Origin: a virus
Lineage: Duplodnaviria > Caudoviricetes
DNA: 64,000 bases
Virus record (IMG/VR): IMGVR_UViG_3300037418_002568
Location: 1-64,000 of that record
Reading direction: 5' to 3' (one strand)
Numbering within the stretch: the first letter of the stretch is position 1; each line of letters begins with the position of its first letter. Shown piece by piece: positions 10,276-20,376 of this stretch. Under the pieces are notes generated by a model, which was not told the origin of the DNA, did no database searches, and saw nothing but the letters and a program-made list of their open reading frames with translations. The position numbers and the translations under genes were made by a program.

Positions 10276-10486
10276 AATGGACTCCAAGGTTTCGAGGATG
10301 AAATAGGGGGCGACCGCGGCGCTGGTCTGCTCGTGATGGGCGCGGCCGACCCGGTAGAGGGCGAGCAGGCTCATCGCTACGCCGAAGCCGACGCCAGAGC
10401 GGAAATGAGCGCGGTCAACAGTTCAGCAAGGGTGCTGATCATCGGTGTTCTTCTTTCTCTCGGGACTTGTTGGGGGACAAGCGTTT

Positions 10487-11014
10487 TCAGTTCGTCAGGT
10501 AGCCGACGAGGTAGGTGATGGCCATCGCGGCCGCGCCGCCGCACACGGTGCGCACCACGGGCCGAAGCGCGGGGGTGTCGCCGAGCCGGGCCGCGGTGGC
10601 GCCGGTGGCGATCAGGGCGGCGATGACGGCGGCGACGGTGACCGGGACCCGCCAGGAGACGGGGCTGATCAACATCGCGATCAACGGCACCAGCGCGCCG
10701 GCGGTGAACGACACCGCCGAGGACGCGGCCGCAGTCCACGGGTTGGCCACCTCGTCGGCGAACATGCGCCCGTCGGCGACCATGGGTGCTTCGGCGTCGC
10801 GTTGGGTGGCCACCGACACGTATTCGCCCAGCGCCATCGACACCGCGCCCGCCATCAGCCCCGCCAGTCCGGTGGTCAGCAGCACCGACCGGCCGGTGTG
10901 GGCGGCGGCCACGCCGATGATCAGCGCCGACACCGACACGATGCCGTCGTTGGCGCCCAGCACCCCGGCGCGCAACCGGTTCATGCGGTCGGTGTCGGCG
11001 TGGCGGGGTTTCAC
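10487..11014 (-). CDS. VIT1/CCC1 family transporter, internally shortened
   Basis: NRLRAGVLGANDGIVS, AGAVSMALGEYVSV, NPWTAA motifs. Confidence 0.85.
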   Translation of the reverse strand: MKPRHADTDRMNRLRAGVLGANDGIVSVSALIIGVAAAHTGRSVLLTTGLAGLMAGAVSMALGEYVSVATQRDAEAPMVADGRMFADEVANPWTAAASSAVSFTAGALVPLIAMLISPVSWRVPVTVAAVIAALIATGATAARLGDTPALRPVVRTVCGGAAAMAITYLVGYLTN

Positions 11015-11304
11015 GGCGCCACCTCCTGCTCGATGACGGGCGGGGTGTGGGGTTGGCCGTTGTGGCGGCGGTGTGACGGGGTGAAGGCGGTGCCGCGCCA
11101 ACGCCACAGGCTGTAGCAGTCCAGGGCGATGAACACGATCGACAGGGCGATGGTGCCGGGCTGCCCGGTGGCGACGCCGGCGATGATCCACACCAGCTGC
11201 ACCACTATTCCGGCCATCCAGCCGCGTCGCGGGGAGCGGGAGGAAAACCACGCCCCGGCGATCGAGATGGCGGCGGTGACCCACGACCACTGCGCCAGGC
11301 TCAT
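11011..11304 (-). CDS. PnuC-like small membrane protein
   Basis: three TM segments, WSW...GW..G...QLVW...WRW pattern typical of actinophage PnuC-like proteins. Confidence 0.6.
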   Translation of the reverse strand: MSLAQWSWVTAAISIAGAWFSSRSPRRGWMAGIVVQLVWIIAGVATGQPGTIALSIVFIALDCYSLWRWRGTAFTPSHRRHNGQPHTPPVIEQEVAP

Positions 11305-11672
11305 ATCGCGTCCTGCAAGATGCCTTCGATGCTGGCCAGCGTCGCCAGCATGGTGGTGGTGTTGTCGAGGGTGTGCAGTGCGACCTCGGCGTTCTTGGTG
11401 TCCTGGCGGCGCTGGGCCAGCAGGATCAGCGGCGCGGCGTAGGCGGCCTGGGTGGAGAACGCCAGGTTGAGCAGGATGAACGGGTACGGGTCGAAGCGCA
11501 GTATCACCGCGCACACGTTGACGACGATCCAGCAGACGATGATCGCGGTCTGGATGCCCAGAAACGCCCACGACCCCATCCCGGCGACGGCCAGGTCGGC
11601 GGCGCGTTCACCGCGGGTCAGGTCTTCGCCGGTACGCACCGCGGGATGGTTGCGCCACAGATGGTGGGTCAC
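11301..11672 (-). CDS. DUF1003 membrane protein
   Basis: MGSWAF...FDPYPFILLNLAFSTQAAYAAPLILLAQ signature. Confidence 0.9.
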   Translation of the reverse strand: MTHHLWRNHPAVRTGEDLTRGERAADLAVAGMGSWAFLGIQTAIIVCWIVVNVCAVILRFDPYPFILLNLAFSTQAAYAAPLILLAQRRQDTKNAEVALHTLDNTTTMLATLASIEGILQDAI

Positions 11673-11953
11673 TTCTTCTTGTCCGCCTGCCGAGCCTTGG
11701 CGATCTTGGCCTTGACCTGGGGGTCTTTGCCGAACTTCGAGCGGGCGACCTTGTCGAGCACGGCGTCACCGGACATGCTGTTGCTGTTGTTGCGCAGGTT
11801 GATCGCGGAGACGGCGGCCTTCTTGTCCGGCAGCGGGTACTTCTTGTCTTTCCCGGATCCGGACTTCGCCCGCGCTGCGGCCGAGACGTTGCCACCGGCG
11901 GTGCGGTTGGACTTGGTGCCACCACCGGAGCCCATGCCCTTCTTGGCTGCCAC
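11669..11953 (-). CDS. small basic hypothetical protein
   Basis: Lys-rich, KYPLPDKKAAVSAI motif; GGAG SD. Confidence 0.55.
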   Translation of the reverse strand: MAAKKGMGSGGGTKSNRTAGGNVSAAARAKSGSGKDKKYPLPDKKAAVSAINLRNNSNSMSGDAVLDKVARSKFGKDPQVKAKIAKARQADKKK

Positions 11954-11992
11954 CGCAATCTCCTCGTATTCGGTTGTCGCACAACAGGTTTG

Positions 11993-12065
11993 TAGCGGAG
12001 GTGGGAGTCGAACCCACGACCTCTGGATTATGAGCCCAGCGAGCTACCGACTGCTCTACTCCGCT
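11993..12065 (-). tRNA. tRNA-Met (CAT), initiator-like
   Basis: AGCGGAG acceptor, GAGC/GCTC D stem, CTGGG-CTCATAA-TCCAG anticodon arm, GGTTCGACTCC T arm; no encoded CCA. Confidence 0.92.
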
Positions 12066-12237
12066 TTGGCCGACCCTGGCACCCACGGCACCCAGGGAAC
12101 TTGCAAACTCGTGCGCCCCACCACCGCCGGCGGCGCGACCGGGACCACATGCGGATCCAGCCGCAGCGCCCACCGCAGCAGGGCCCGCGCCATGCGGGTA
12201 CGCGGGGACACACGGAACCGGATACGCAGCACGGTCC

Positions 12238-12498
12238 TCACTCCTGGGCGATCATCCGCTTGAACTGGGTGGACGCGAACTCGCACAACCCGAGCGTGTC
12301 CGCCAAACTCATGTCGTCGCCGGTGGTGGCGTACACGTCGGAGGCGAAATCGCCGTCTTCGTCGATCCACTGCCGCTGCGCCACCACGAGGTACTTCGTG
12401 ATCACCCCTTCGGCTTCGGGGCTATAGGCGCGATGCTGCTGGTCGATAGCGTCGACGAGGCGTTCATCGGCAGCGGTCTGGGCGGGGTTGAGCGCCAT
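12238..12498 (-). CDS. hypothetical protein
   Basis: MALNPAQTAADERL... with SD. Confidence 0.55.
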   Translation of the reverse strand: MALNPAQTAADERLVDAIDQQHRAYSPEAEGVITKYLVVAQRQWIDEDGDFASDVYATTGDDMSLADTLGLCEFASTQFKRMIAQE

Positions 12499-12636
12499 TC
12501 GGCGAAGCCCTTTCGTTCGTGTCCGGTGCCCGGCCGAGGGCGCGCCTCCTCGGCCGGCGCTATGCAATTGTGTTGCGGCCGTTGGTAACCCAGTGGCCGC
12601 TACTGGGAGTCGGTGGGCCCGCCTACACTGACGCGC

Positions 12637-13119
12637 ATGTGGGACTGCGAGGCATACGGGCCGGAAGGCACACGGATCGGGGCGCTGTGTTTCTTCGGCG
12701 GTGAAGGCGAGCGGCATTGCGTCGACCCCGAGGATTGCCACCAGGCGTTGACCATCGAGCGTCAGCGCGTGTTCGGCGTGATCCAGGAGGGCGCGGCCAA
12801 GGGCAACCCCGACATGGAGTATTTCGCCAGGGCGTTCACCTCGCCCGAACAGCTACTCGGCGGCAGCGAGAGCGCCAGTGACGACCCCGATATAGACGCC
12901 ATAGACCTCGATATAGACGCCATCAAAGCAGAAGTGCGGGACCTGCTGCGCCCACCGCCGCAGACACCGGAAGACCCGGAGACGACTGCCCGCCGGTGGG
13001 AGCAGTTCCAACAGCTGAGGGCCCTCGTCAAGGAAAACCCGATCGCCCGCGCCGAACTCGCCGAACTCGTCGCCGAAGTGGAGGCCGTGATGGGCGAACC
13101 GCCGGCCGAGAATCAGTAG
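12637..13119 (+). CDS. counter-oriented hypothetical protein (moron-like)
   Basis: TACACT -10 element 7 nt before ATG (leaderless); opposite strand to flanking operon. Confidence 0.55.
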   Translation: MWDCEAYGPEGTRIGALCFFGGEGERHCVDPEDCHQALTIERQRVFGVIQEGAAKGNPDMEYFARAFTSPEQLLGGSESASDDPDIDAIDLDIDAIKAEVRDLLRPPPQTPEDPETTARRWEQFQQLRALVKENPIARAELAELVAEVEAVMGEPPAENQ

Positions 13120-14251
13120 TCGCGCGGGAACCACGGGTGCAGCAGCCGGTTGATCAGCTGCGCGCACATCCACGGGAACAGCACACTGCTACTCATCACC
13201 GGCTCCGATCCCTGTGTCGCATCTGGTACCGTTCGGACGTCGCGATTCGTACTCGCGCGTCTGTTGAAACAGGGCCCGTTACCGCGCTCCGGCCAAAGAG
13301 ATTGGGTGTAACGGGCCTTTTCACTACCCATCGCCACTGCCGTTCATCATCTCCACGGCGTTGAACAGCGCCCGTGTCGCCAGATACAGCTGCTCGATCG
13401 CGTACTCGTTGCTCGGGTTGGTGTGGCGGATGACGTCGAGGTGTGCGCGGGTGGCCTCGAGGTAGTCGGTGAGCTCGTAGTTGCCGCTCACGGGCGCGGG
13501 ATGAACGGCCGTACCGCCATGATGCCGGTGAAGATGGCGATCAGCAGTAGCAATATCTGGTCGGTGGTCATAGCGGCTCCGGCATCCAATCGGTATCGAG
13601 CATGGTCTGCTGGCAGTGCGCGCACTGCGGGCAGGGTCCGGCCTTGCGCATCTGCCAGCCGTCGAGGCGGGCGATCCAACGGCCGCCGTTCTCGTCGACG
13701 GTCATGAACGGGGGCCGGTGGGCGCTGGTCTCTTCGATCACCCACTGGGACACGACATGGTCGGCGCGGTAGGTGAGCCGGACCCGGCCGGGTGTGCTGC
13801 CGTTGTCGCGGATGATGTCGTCGGGGTTGACGACGCCGCGCAGGTTCCATTCGGCGTCCCACAGCCGGATCAGCGGTTGCGGGTTGGTGATCGGCGGTAA
13901 CGCCGGCGGGGCGCTCATCCGGTCACCGTCCACGCTCCGAGCCAGATCAGCGGTGCGGCGATGGCCACGAATGGGGCGATGCCCAGCAGCCACACCGCGG
14001 TCCAGCGGCGCAGCGACAGGTGGGTCAGGTCGTCGGAGAGGGCTTGGCGGGTGGTCTCCCACACCCCGGCCGCCATGATGATCACGCCCGTGATCGCGAC
14101 GGTCAGCCCGAGGGCGGTCACGCGCCCGTGGAGCCGGTGGCGATCAGGTGCACGATGCCACGTTCGAGCGCGAAGTCGTTGGCCGACACCGCATCCCATA
14201 CGGCGTTGGCGATCAACGGCAGCAGGAAAGTCCACATGGCGGGTCTCGCTT

Positions 14252-14530
14252 TCAGAGGTCGTCGAGTTCGGTCCAGTCCTCGGCCAGCAGATCGGTTTGG
14301 CTGGCCAGCCACGGCACGCCGGTGTTGTCGGCGGTGTAGATGTCGATGTGGGGCCGGTAGACCACTGTGGAGCCCACCAGGGCCGGAAACGCCTGCCCCA
14401 GGGTGCGTTCGGCCTCCACGGTGAACGTGGAGCCGGGGATCAGTACCAGCCACATGCCGCGCCCGTTCCAGCCGGTGCGGGTGACCCGCCGGCCAGCCTT
14501 CAACGCGGTGAGAGCTTGTTCGAAGGTCAC
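14252..14530 (-). CDS. tad2: DUF2829 / Thoeris anti-defence Tad2-like protein
   Basis: MTFEQAL..LKAG.RV.R.GWNG.GMWL...TADN..VPW.ASQTDLLAEDW matches Tad2 family signature. Confidence 0.85.
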   Translation of the reverse strand: MTFEQALTALKAGRRVTRTGWNGRGMWLVLIPGSTFTVEAERTLGQAFPALVGSTVVYRPHIDIYTADNTGVPWLASQTDLLAEDWTELDDL

Positions 14531-14620
14531 GCGACACCCCACGACCACACGGCCAGCGGCATCATGAACACCGGTTCGTGGCCCACCGGGCGGTGCAGCC
14601 ACACGCTCACCCACTGCATG

Positions 14621-14989
14621 TCATTCCTCCATCAGGCAACTGGTCGACCCCGACGGGGTCACGCTGTCGACGAACTCGGCCAGCCGGGCGCGGGCCTGCT
14701 CGGCGGTGTGGCCGTCCCACTTGGCGGCCCGTTCGCGTTCGGGGACGTAGAAGCGGTCCCATTCGCGCATCGGGTAGTGGTGGCTGATCTGCCCGGTCGG
14801 CAACTCGGCCATGACGATGAAGTAGTCGCCGCCGAAGCACAGCTCACCGTCGTGGTGGCGGCGGGACTTGTGCACGTCGTAGGCGTCGAAGTAGGCCCAG
14901 TCGGAAAACAGCAGCGCCGAGTACAGGGCTCGCCACTGATACAGGTCGTCGAGGGTGTGGTACCCGTCGCCGATTTCGGTGTCCGTCAC
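14621..14989 (-). CDS. WDGH-motif phage protein
   Basis: DGYHTLDDLY..R, KSRRHHDG, LPTGQISHHY, WDGHT motifs. Confidence 0.7.
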   Translation of the reverse strand: MTDTEIGDGYHTLDDLYQWRALYSALLFSDWAYFDAYDVHKSRRHHDGELCFGGDYFIVMAELPTGQISHHYPMREWDRFYVPERERAAKWDGHTAEQARARLAEFVDSVTPSGSTSCLMEE

Positions 14990-15125
14990 GGTGGTGGCTC
15001 TCCAGGGGGTTGGGGAAGGGGGTTGCAGCGCGCAGCGGGCCCTCCCCAGAGGTCGCCACGACGGATCATGGGGCACGCTTGCGGAAATGGACGAAACCGT
15101 TTGACGCGCTGCAAGATCGGGGCCG

Positions 15126-16409
15126 CTAAGCGGCGAGGTCGATGGTGCGCCGCCACCGGCGTTCGGTGGTGGCGATGACGTAACGGGCGGCATCCAAGCT
15201 GTGGTCGGCGATCTTCACCGGCGCGTCCAAGCCCTTCTCGGTGGCCTTGGTGTCCCAGGAGTAGCCGGTCACCTCGGTCAGGAAGCCTTTGCACCGGTCG
15301 GTCACCAGCAGCTTCCCGGCGGCCAAAAGGCTTGACGTGGTACGGATTCCGTACAGCACGTCGTTTTCGGCGGGGTGGGTGTAGATGCCGTCTTCACGCA
15401 GCTGCACCCGGAACGAGGCGGCCGCGGGGTCGACGATGATGGAGCCGTGCTTGTGGCCGTGCGAGTCGGGCAGATGCGGTTTGTTGATCCACTCGCCGAG
15501 CTGTTCGGCCAGCTTCGAATCCGTCCACCGGGCCGCGTCGTCACGCGGGTTGTAGCGCCACTCGTCGATCAGGTACAGCTTGTGGTCTTCACCGATGCCC
15601 AGCATGAGGGCGGCGGTGGCGTTGGTGGTGCCGTAGTCGACGCCGACGCCGAGGATGTCGACCATGCGGGGCAGGTCTTTCCACGCGATGACGTGCTGAT
15701 CTTCGTCCCAGCAGTCATAGACCGCGCCTTCGGCCGCGACCCACAGGCCCAAAATGAAACGGCGATACCACAGGCCGGTGTACTCCGCGCGCAGGCTGCG
15801 TTTATACGCCTCATCCAGGCTCGGGTTGTCGTCGAGGACGAAGTGGAATCGCCGCCAGTCCGGCAGCTCGTCGAGCTTGTCGAGGTAGTCGGCCTTGAGC
15901 CAGTGCGCCGGGCCGTCGGGGTTGGTAGTGGCGAACAACTGGGCCCCGGGCACCGACATACGGGCAAGCAGCTGCTTGAAGAAGTCCTTGTGCAGCACCG
16001 TCAGCTCGTCGAGGAACGCCAACTGCACCGTCATACCGCGCAGCGACGATTCGGAGGCGGCGTCGTCGGCGCCGAAGATGTGCACCGCGCGCCCGAAGAT
16101 CGTCGCCGTCGGCGCACCCTGCTTGTATTCGACGAACGGCCGGAACATCCCGAACGCCGGGTTCTGCTCCAGGGGTTCGAACACGTTGCGCCACACGGTA
16201 AGTCGGGAGCGGCCGACCAGCACGATCGAGCCGAGGGTGCCGGCTTCGCGGATCTTGGTCAACATCAGCCACGTCCACGCGAAGCTCTTACCGGAACGCA
16301 CCGCGCCTTCGAAGATGTTGCATCGCCCCGTCGCCCGCGCGAACGACAAAATCTGTTTGCGTGACATCCCCGCGGCCGGCGTCGTGGCAATCGACCCCGG
16401 CTGACTCAT
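15126..16409 (-). CDS. terL: terminase large subunit (PBSX family)
   Basis: Walker A GAVRSGKS, FLDE Walker B, TTNP, nuclease DYG...DHSLDAARY. Confidence 0.95.
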   Translation of the reverse strand: MSQPGSIATTPAAGMSRKQILSFARATGRCNIFEGAVRSGKSFAWTWLMLTKIREAGTLGSIVLVGRSRLTVWRNVFEPLEQNPAFGMFRPFVEYKQGAPTATIFGRAVHIFGADDAASESSLRGMTVQLAFLDELTVLHKDFFKQLLARMSVPGAQLFATTNPDGPAHWLKADYLDKLDELPDWRRFHFVLDDNPSLDEAYKRSLRAEYTGLWYRRFILGLWVAAEGAVYDCWDEDQHVIAWKDLPRMVDILGVGVDYGTTNATAALMLGIGEDHKLYLIDEWRYNPRDDAARWTDSKLAEQLGEWINKPHLPDSHGHKHGSIIVDPAAASFRVQLREDGIYTHPAENDVLYGIRTTSSLLAAGKLLVTDRCKGFLTEVTGYSWDTKATEKGLDAPVKIADHSLDAARYVIATTERRWRRTIDLAA

Positions 16410-16858
16410 CCGAGCGCACCCGCCGACCCATAACCCAGATCGGGGTTGATCTTCTCGGCGGCCTCCACGATCGCCTTCTGCAGCTCATCCAGCGCCACCC
16501 GCGCCTCCAGGCTGGTATCAGGCGGGGGAGCCTGATCCAGACCCAGGTAGCGGGCACGGCGGTCCATGATCCGCAACGCGGCCGACACGGCTTTCGTGTT
16601 GCCCGACACCGCGTCCCGCCACAAACCCAGAAGCATCTGATCGAGCCGATGCATCTCCATGTCAAGAACCGCTTGCGCCGGTTCACGTTTCAGTTCAGCC
16701 AGGGCGTCGGCGACGTCGCGGTAGGCCACAGTCCGGCTGCAACCCAGCTTCTCGGCGATCGCCGTATAGGTGGCACCGGCCAGCCGCAGCTTGAGCGCCT
16801 GCTCCTGACGGAACGCACGCTTGATCGAGGCCCGGCCGGTGCTGTTCTTCCGCACCAT
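16406..16858 (-). CDS. terS: terminase small subunit (HTH)
   Basis: ALKLRLAGATYTAIAEKLG HTH, IMDRRARYLGLD; overlaps terL start. Confidence 0.75.
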   Translation of the reverse strand: MVRKNSTGRASIKRAFRQEQALKLRLAGATYTAIAEKLGCSRTVAYRDVADALAELKREPAQAVLDMEMHRLDQMLLGLWRDAVSGNTKAVSAALRIMDRRARYLGLDQAPPPDTSLEARVALDELQKAIVEAAEKINPDLGYGSAGALG

Positions 16859-17300
16859 GCGGGCTCCCAACACGGTCGTAGGTGGGAGGCCGGGTTCGGG
16901 GCGCGCAGGGGCGCAGGGGAAATGGTGGTGGTGCCCGCGCCCGAGAGCGAACAGCGGCAGGCACGATCCCCGCGTTCCATACTCCGCACACCCGGTGAAC
17001 CCGGCCTCGATCCGCCCCCGCACACAGGGCGGACCGGCAGTAACCCGCGCTCACCCGCCGCGCCTGGGGCGCGTAGCCAAAGAATCGGGGGCGAAGGTTT
17101 TACTGCACGAATGGAATGCGCGGGGCCGGCGGTACTCGTCTACCCAAGCGTCACACCCGGGGGCAATGGGGGCAAAACCCCGGGGCGAACAACAGGAAAC
17201 CAACCACACACACGACCGACGATCCTTCACACCGGCCCCGCACGCGGTCAGCGTATCGAGGCGGTTTCGACACCTCGGGCAAAACGTCCAACAGACCGAT

Positions 17301-17582
17301 TCATGGCTTGGGTTGGCCCGGCTTGTCGTCCCAGAATGTGCTGCGACCGCGCTCCCCGCGTATCCATGCGGCGTCTTCACGCATCGACTGGGCAAGGCCG
17401 TCGGGATCGAGCACGGTGGCCAGGATGGTTCCGAATTCGGCGCGGGCGGCCCGGTCGGCGTCGCTCATCCCGCGGCGCTCCTTGCGGAACCAATACTGCT
17501 GCTCGGCTTCGAGCCGGTCCAGCAGCTCGGACCGGGTGTGGGTGTCCAGGTCGGCGCGGGTGAGCCGGACGAAGCGTGCCAT
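17301..17582 (-). CDS. hypothetical protein
   Basis: TAGGAT -10 shortly before ATG (leaderless). Confidence 0.5.
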   Translation of the reverse strand: MARFVRLTRADLDTHTRSELLDRLEAEQQYWFRKERRGMSDADRAARAEFGTILATVLDPDGLAQSMREDAAWIRGERGRSTFWDDKPGQPKP

Positions 17583-18040
17583 CGCTCGATCCTATCGGGG
17601 CCGGGCACCGGCGAAAGTCCTTACCGCACACGACGACCCCCGCCGCGGAGGTGGAAGCGGCGGGGGTCGTGCGGCCCTGGAGGTGGAAAGGGTGCTACTC
17701 GGTGGGTGCAGTGCGGGGCATTACCACCGCGCAGACCTCCAGGTCGGCTTCGTACGCGCTGGCGAGCAGGTCAGCCAGGGAACGCAGCCGAGACAACAGC
17801 ACCATGCGGTATCCGCCGGCCAGTGGTTCGGCGGATACCGCGGTGCCCAGCCCCGTGGCAGCGTCGGACCACCGGCCCAACCCCTCGCGGTCGGAGCCGG
17901 TGACTTCCACTCGCGCCAGGATGTCCCCGAACCGACGCACCCCGGTACCGAACACCAGGGCTACCGGCACCTCGTGAGTGCGCATCTTGTCCTGGCAGGA
18001 GGGGTTGCGGAAGTAGTCGCTGCTACGGGGCGTGGTCATA

Positions 18041-18247
18041 TCAGGAGACGAACTCGCCGGCGTCGACCGCGAGGTTGAACGCCGCGACCTCCTGGTGGGT
18101 GAACTTCAGCACCGGGCCGTTCGGGTCCTTCGAGTCGCGGAGCGCGCGGCCACCGTTGGGCAGGTTCGCCCACTGGACACAGTTGCCCGAGGGGTTGGTG
18201 AAGCTGCTGGTCTTCCATTCGAGCTTGTCGGTGTCGATCTCGGCCAT
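18041..18247 (-). CDS. DUF397 (BldB-like) protein
   Basis: WKTSSF...GNCV...RDSKDPNGPVL.F signature. Confidence 0.9.
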   Translation of the reverse strand: MAEIDTDKLEWKTSSFTNPSGNCVQWANLPNGGRALRDSKDPNGPVLKFTHQEVAAFNLAVDAGEFVS

Positions 18248-19253
18248 TTCATTCCTCTTTCTCTGGTTGGGATTTCCACTTACTGGGCAAAAAGGTCTCG
18301 ATGTAGCGGGAGTCGTCCACGCACTGACCGCAGGTGGCGGCGTGGCTCGACCGGCGCCAGTGCAGCCCTCGCAACACGGCGATGTCGGGATCGGTCTTGC
18401 GGGCGGCGATGAAGGTGTTCAGGTAGCTGGTGATCCACTCGATGGAGCCGGTCTCGTGGACATGGCCGTCACTGTCGATCAGATCCCAGCCGTAGGGCTG
18501 CTCCCGGTGGAGCTCGACCTTCATATCCACGCTCGCGGCGAGCGCTTCGACGTCGGCTAACGTCTTCTCCCAGAGCGGATTCCAGTGACTCACGCGACCC
18601 CACCCGGGGTCAGCACCGGCAGCTCGCCAGTACGTAACCCCGGATGGATGACGGGCAGCTCGTTGCTGTCGAACACGGCCACCACACGGTCGGTGCGCAC
18701 CTGGTCCCACAGGTCTTCGTGTTGGCGGTACCGGTCACGGACCGCGGCCAAGTCGGGCAGCTCGTCCTTGAGGAACGCGGTCACATCAGCCGGGCCCGGC
18801 TTGCCGCGGACGGTGAACTGCAAGATCACCGCCTTGGAACCTTCCAGTCGCCACAACGCGATCTTGACTTCGCTGTCGGTTTCGACAGCGGACTCGCGGA
18901 CACGTTCACGGTTCACGCCGCACACCCCCTCACGCCGCGGATCACGTGCAGGGGGAGGATGCGCTGCGACAAGGGCCCGCGGCCCTCGGTGCTGGGGGAC
19001 GCAGTACTCCAGCACCGAGGGCGCTGGCCGGGGACGCAATGGGCGTCACGCAACCCCGCCACCACCCGTTCGAGAAGGTCGACCGGGGGATGCTCATGCT
19101 GCTGGTTCGTGAGCGTGAGCCCTTCGCGGACAGCAGCTTCGCCGGGAATCCGACGAGTCGGTTGGTTCATTTTAAGCCCCGATCCTGCAGATCAGCCGGG
19201 GCAGGCTAGAATTCGCCATTGCAGGTGCCTCTTCCCAGGTCCCTTAGCCTGTC

Positions 19254-19282
19254 ATGACGGATACGTCATGAATATGACAGGA
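19254..19282 (-). promoter_or_regulatory. operator-like repeat copy 1
   Basis: ATGACGGATACGTCATGAATATGACAGGA; 24/29 identical to 20030-20058; contains ATGAC/GTCAT dyad. Confidence 0.6.
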
Positions 19283-19328
19283 ACTGTAGCCGCACCGGCG
19301 AGGGCTGTCTAGATTTCCGGCGAACCCG

Positions 19329-19982
19329 TTACGACCGTGGGGTTTTGACTTCGAACTCCGGAATGGCCTTGAGCGTCCCCGACATTGGGAGCAGCGCCTC
19401 GAGCGCCGCCTCAGCGGTCTCACGGTCGCGAGCCATCGAACCCCACCCGCATTCGTTGATTCCGTCGTGGGACAACCCCATCCAGCGCCCGACGGCCACA
19501 TGGCCCTGCGGGTCGAGGGTGAGGTGGATGGCGCCGTTGCTGGCGACACCGTCGGTGGTCGCCACGTACCAGCCCGACAGGCACCGGTCGCGGATCAGAC
19601 GCAGTTCGCCGGTCCAGGAGAAACTTCCGGTCGCCTCGTGCGCCGGGTCGGGCGAACCGGTGACCAACAGGAAGTTGCCCTCCTGGTGGATGCGCAGGAA
19701 TTCGACCTCCACCCGCTCCTCGTCGTTCATCCACGTCTGCCACGCCGTCCACCACTCGCCGGACAGGTTGACCGTCGGCGCACCGTGACCGGCCAACGTC
19801 GCCAGCGAAATGTCGAGCGTCGCAGCGAGTTTGGACGCGATCGGCAGTGAGGGTTGCGCGCCGTCCTCGGGGTCTTCGTAACGGGCGATCTGCCGATCGG
19901 AGACTCCGACCTCCTTGGCGAGCTGCTTGATCGTCAGCCCCCGTAGATCGCGGTAGTGGCGGATGATCTGATGTGTTTCCAT
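19329..19982 (-). CDS. XRE-family HTH regulator with C-terminal beta-barrel-like domain
   Basis: RDLRGLTIKQLAKEVGVSDRQIARYE HTH; LSGEWWTAWQ C-terminal domain. Confidence 0.8.
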   Translation of the reverse strand: METHQIIRHYRDLRGLTIKQLAKEVGVSDRQIARYEDPEDGAQPSLPIASKLAATLDISLATLAGHGAPTVNLSGEWWTAWQTWMNDEERVEVEFLRIHQEGNFLLVTGSPDPAHEATGSFSWTGELRLIRDRCLSGWYVATTDGVASNGAIHLTLDPQGHVAVGRWMGLSHDGINECGWGSMARDRETAEAALEALLPMSGTLKAIPEFEVKTPRS

Positions 19983-20029
19983 GCGTGCCCTTCTTCCAAA
20001 ACGAGGAATCCTCGGAGATGATGACTGAC

Positions 20030-20058
20030 ATGACTGATCCGTCATCAACACGACAGGA
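20030..20058 (-). promoter_or_regulatory. operator-like repeat copy 2
   Basis: ATGACTGATCCGTCATCAACACGACAGGA upstream of the XRE gene. Confidence 0.6.
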
Positions 20059-20376
20059 CCCTAAACTACTGCCTCCGGTGCCGTCCAGCATGAGTCTGGG
20101 CGGCGGTGCAGGTGTCCGCCGCTACGCCCATGTGCTGGCATCAGTGGATGTGAGCTGCGACGATGCCGCGAAATTACGGCAATGGGCAGACGCTCAGATG
20201 AAGCTCGGAGCGGTGGTCGATGCCGCGTTCATCGCCACCAATGACCCGTTCGTCACCCTGCGGGTACCGGTGCCGCGGCTGGCACATCTGGTCGCCGCGG
20301 TCTACTCCGCCGGTCTGGAAATGGGGGATGTGAACCTCCCGCGCACCGCCCCCGAACCACCGCCCGAACCGGGCGC

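Noticed and set aside
13272-13321. GGCCCGTTAC...GTAACGGGCC inverted repeat
   Set aside because: Most simply a terminator between convergent genes
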